This document shows positions 62,058 to 64,000 of a stretch of 64,000 bases of DNA, one piece after another. Each line of letters starts with the position of its first letter. Position 1 is the stretch's first letter. Position numbers and translations under genes: made by a program. The stretch is from Candidatus Eiseniibacteriota bacterium (lineage in GTDB: Bacteria > Eisenbacteria > RBG-16-71-46 > JABDJR01), in the NCBI GenBank assembly GCA_963783375.1, contig CAWANH010000029.1, positions 448,001 to 512,000 on the forward strand, read 5' to 3'. The notes below the pieces were generated by a model. That model made no database searches. It was given only the letters and a program-made list of their open reading frames with translations, and was not told where the DNA came from.

Positions 62058-63485
62058 TCAGGCCACCTGGCGCCGTCCCGGCCGGTTCAGCCCGTAGAGC
62101 TTCATCCGGTAGCGCAGCTTGTCCCGCTTCAGGTGCAGGATGTCCGCGGTCCGGCTCTGGTTCCACGCGGTGGCGTCCGACGCCTTGACGATCAGGGCCT
62201 GCTCGATCTCGGCCAGGAGCTCCTCGAAGGGGATCCCGTCCGAGGGGATTCCGGGATCGTCCAGTAGCTGCTCCAGCCGGGCCACCGGAGAGTCGATCTC
62301 CCGGGTGGTGCGGCCGCTCCCGAGCTTCAGCATCTCCCCCTCGACCCGGTTCCCGTTCTCCAGAAGCACCGTCCGCTCCATCAGGTTCTTGAGCTCGCGG
62401 ATGTTCCCCGGCCAGGGATAGCCCATCAACTCCTGCTCGGCCTCGGGGCCGAACCCCTGGAAGCTCTTGTTGAACTGCTTGGAGAACGTGTACAGGAAGT
62501 GCTTGGCCAGGATGATGATGTCCTCCCGCCGTTCCCGGAGCGGGGGCACCCGCATCGGCACCACCTTGAGACGGTAGTAGAGATCCTCGCGGAAGCGCCC
62601 TTCCTCGCACATCTTCTGCAGATCCTGGTTGGTGGCGCTGATGATGCGCACGGAGACGTGGATGTCCTTGGTGCCACCCACCCGCTTGAAGGTCATGCGT
62701 TCGAGCACCCGGAGGAGCTTCACCTGGATCTGGAGGCTCATCTCCCCCACCTCATCCAGGAACAGCGTGCCTCCGTTGGCCATTTCCAGCAGCCCCTGCT
62801 TCTGGTTCCGGGCGTCGGTGAACGCACCCTTCTCGTGCCCGAACAGCTCGCTCTCCAGGAGCTCCCTGGGGATGGCCGCGCAGTTGATTTCCAGGAAGGG
62901 CTTGTCCCGTCGGACCGAGAGCTCGTGGATCATGTTGGCCAGGTGTTCCTTGCCCGTCCCGCTCTCCCCCTGGATGAGCACGCTGGTGGAGTCGGAGAGG
63001 GCCACCTGTTCGATGACGTCGTAGACCTCCTTCATGCGCGGGCTCTGGCCGCGAATGAAATCGCGGTTGAACCGGTCGGACTGCTGACGACGAAGGTGCT
63101 TGAGCTCCCGCCACAGCTTCCGGCTCTCCAGCGCCTTGTCCACGGTGATGAACAGTTGTTCCAGGTTGATCGGTTTGTTGATGTAGTCGTGGGCGCCGAG
63201 CTTCATGGCCCGGACCGCCGATTCCACGTCCCCGAAAGCGGTCATGATGATGACCTGGAGATCGGGATCGTCCTCCTTGAGCTTCTTCAGGACGTCGAGT
63301 CCGTGGGTGTCGGGCAGCCGAAGATCCAACAGCACCAGGTCGGGTTGGTTCTCGGCCACCTTGCTCAGGGCCTCGCGACCCTCGCCGGCGGTGCTTACCT
63401 GGTACCCCTCGTCCACCATGGCCTTCTCGATGAAGTGCCGGATGGATTCCTGGTCGTCCACGATGAGAATGTGTGCGTTGGTCAT
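62058..63485 (-). CDS. sigma54-dependent response regulator (NtrC/AtoC family)
   Basis: REC 'ILIVDD..PDLVLLD.RLP', AAA+ 'GESGTGKE', 'ESELFGHEKGAFTDA', 'LFLDE', 'WPGNIREL', Fis-type HTH. Confidence 0.95.
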   Translation of the reverse strand: MTNAHILIVDDQESIRHFIEKAMVDEGYQVSTAGEGREALSKVAENQPDLVLLDLRLPDTHGLDVLKKLKEDDPDLQVIIMTAFGDVESAVRAMKLGAHDYINKPINLEQLFITVDKALESRKLWRELKHLRRQQSDRFNRDFIRGQSPRMKEVYDVIEQVALSDSTSVLIQGESGTGKEHLANMIHELSVRRDKPFLEINCAAIPRELLESELFGHEKGAFTDARNQKQGLLEMANGGTLFLDEVGEMSLQIQVKLLRVLERMTFKRVGGTKDIHVSVRIISATNQDLQKMCEEGRFREDLYYRLKVVPMRVPPLRERREDIIILAKHFLYTFSKQFNKSFQGFGPEAEQELMGYPWPGNIRELKNLMERTVLLENGNRVEGEMLKLGSGRTTREIDSPVARLEQLLDDPGIPSDGIPFEELLAEIEQALIVKASDATAWNQSRTADILHLKRDKLRYRMKLYGLNRPGRRQVA

Positions 63486-64000
63486 TCCGTGATCTCCGTA
63501 GCTTCGAAGCGGTCCATTGGGAGCTTCACCGTGAACACGGCCCCCCCTCCATGCGCGTTGGCGACGTGGATCTCTCCACCGTGCCGCTCGACGATGCCGT
63601 GACTTACGTAGAGGCCCAGGCCCGTCCCCCCGGCCTTCCCCTTGGTGAAGAACGGTTCGAAGATGTGCGCGAGGTCCTCGGGGTCGATGCCGGGGCCGGT
63701 GTCGATGACCTGGATGGCCATCTTGGGGCGATCGTCGTCGGGGGCCGAAGCGTAGGCGTGGATCTCCACCGTCCCTCCCGAGGGGGTGGCTTCCACGGCG
63801 TTCTTGATCAGGTTCAACAAGACCTGCTGGATCTGGTCGGGGTCCACCGGCACCGGCGGCAGATCCTCGGCGAGGTGCAGGCGGAGCTCGAGGCCTCGTT
63901 CGGCGGGCGCGGAACCCACCGAGAGAAGCGCCCGCTCCACCAGGCCGGACACCGGTTCCAGGCTCTTCCGCAAGGGATGCGGATGGGTGACCCGGAAGAG
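63482..64000 (-). CDS. Sensor histidine kinase, C-terminal HATPase part (truncated by the window edge)
   Basis: 'QVLLNLIKNA.EA', 'DTGPGI', 'FEPFFTK', 'GTGLGL'; the frame is open to base 64000. Confidence 0.88.
   Translation of the reverse strand, partial: LFRVTHPHPLRKSLEPVSGLVERALLSVGSAPAERGLELRLHLAEDLPPVPVDPDQIQQVLLNLIKNAVEATPSGGTVEIHAYASAPDDDRPKMAIQVIDTGPGIDPEDLAHIFEPFFTKGKAGGTGLGLYVSHGIVERHGGEIHVANAHGGGAVFTVKLPMDRFEATEITE

Overview
GC-rich bacterial chromosomal segment. The gene content (C-terminal FlgD-Ig/T9SS-like sorting domains, a PorV-family protein, a Big_5 lipoprotein, LptE) suggests a diderm FCB-group candidate lineage such as Eisenbacteria, Krumholzibacteria or Latescibacteria; this is inference. 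About 44 mostly housekeeping or envelope genes are present, including sppA, PilZ, glgD-like/glgC, an MltD-like enzyme, comEC, purN-purC-purH-guaA, secA, xerC, argF, dapA, rpsT, uvrC, xerD, asnB, leuS, holA and a sigma54 two-component pair. I saw no rRNA, tRNA, CRISPR array or IS element. The window appears to span the replication terminus: a dif-like 28-mer lies at 50438-50465, both Xer recombinases are nearby, and gene orientation and KOPS-like polarity flip around it. The most interesting signals are three. (1) A YqhH-type SNF2 ATPase carries an N-terminal PcrA/UvrD-type RNA-polymerase-binding Tudor domain and has a coupled partner gene. (2) Two highly structured small-RNA candidates that I cannot assign to a family flank sppA, one behind a consensus sigma54 promoter. 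(3) Several apparent pseudoenzymes occur: a peptidase fold without HExxH, a PP2C-like domain fused to a PQQ propeller, a receiver without its Asp, and a GlgD-like subunit. Genes at about 17.5-27.3 kb carry many frameshifts that are most likely assembly errors. All calls come from motif recognition by eye; no database search was run.
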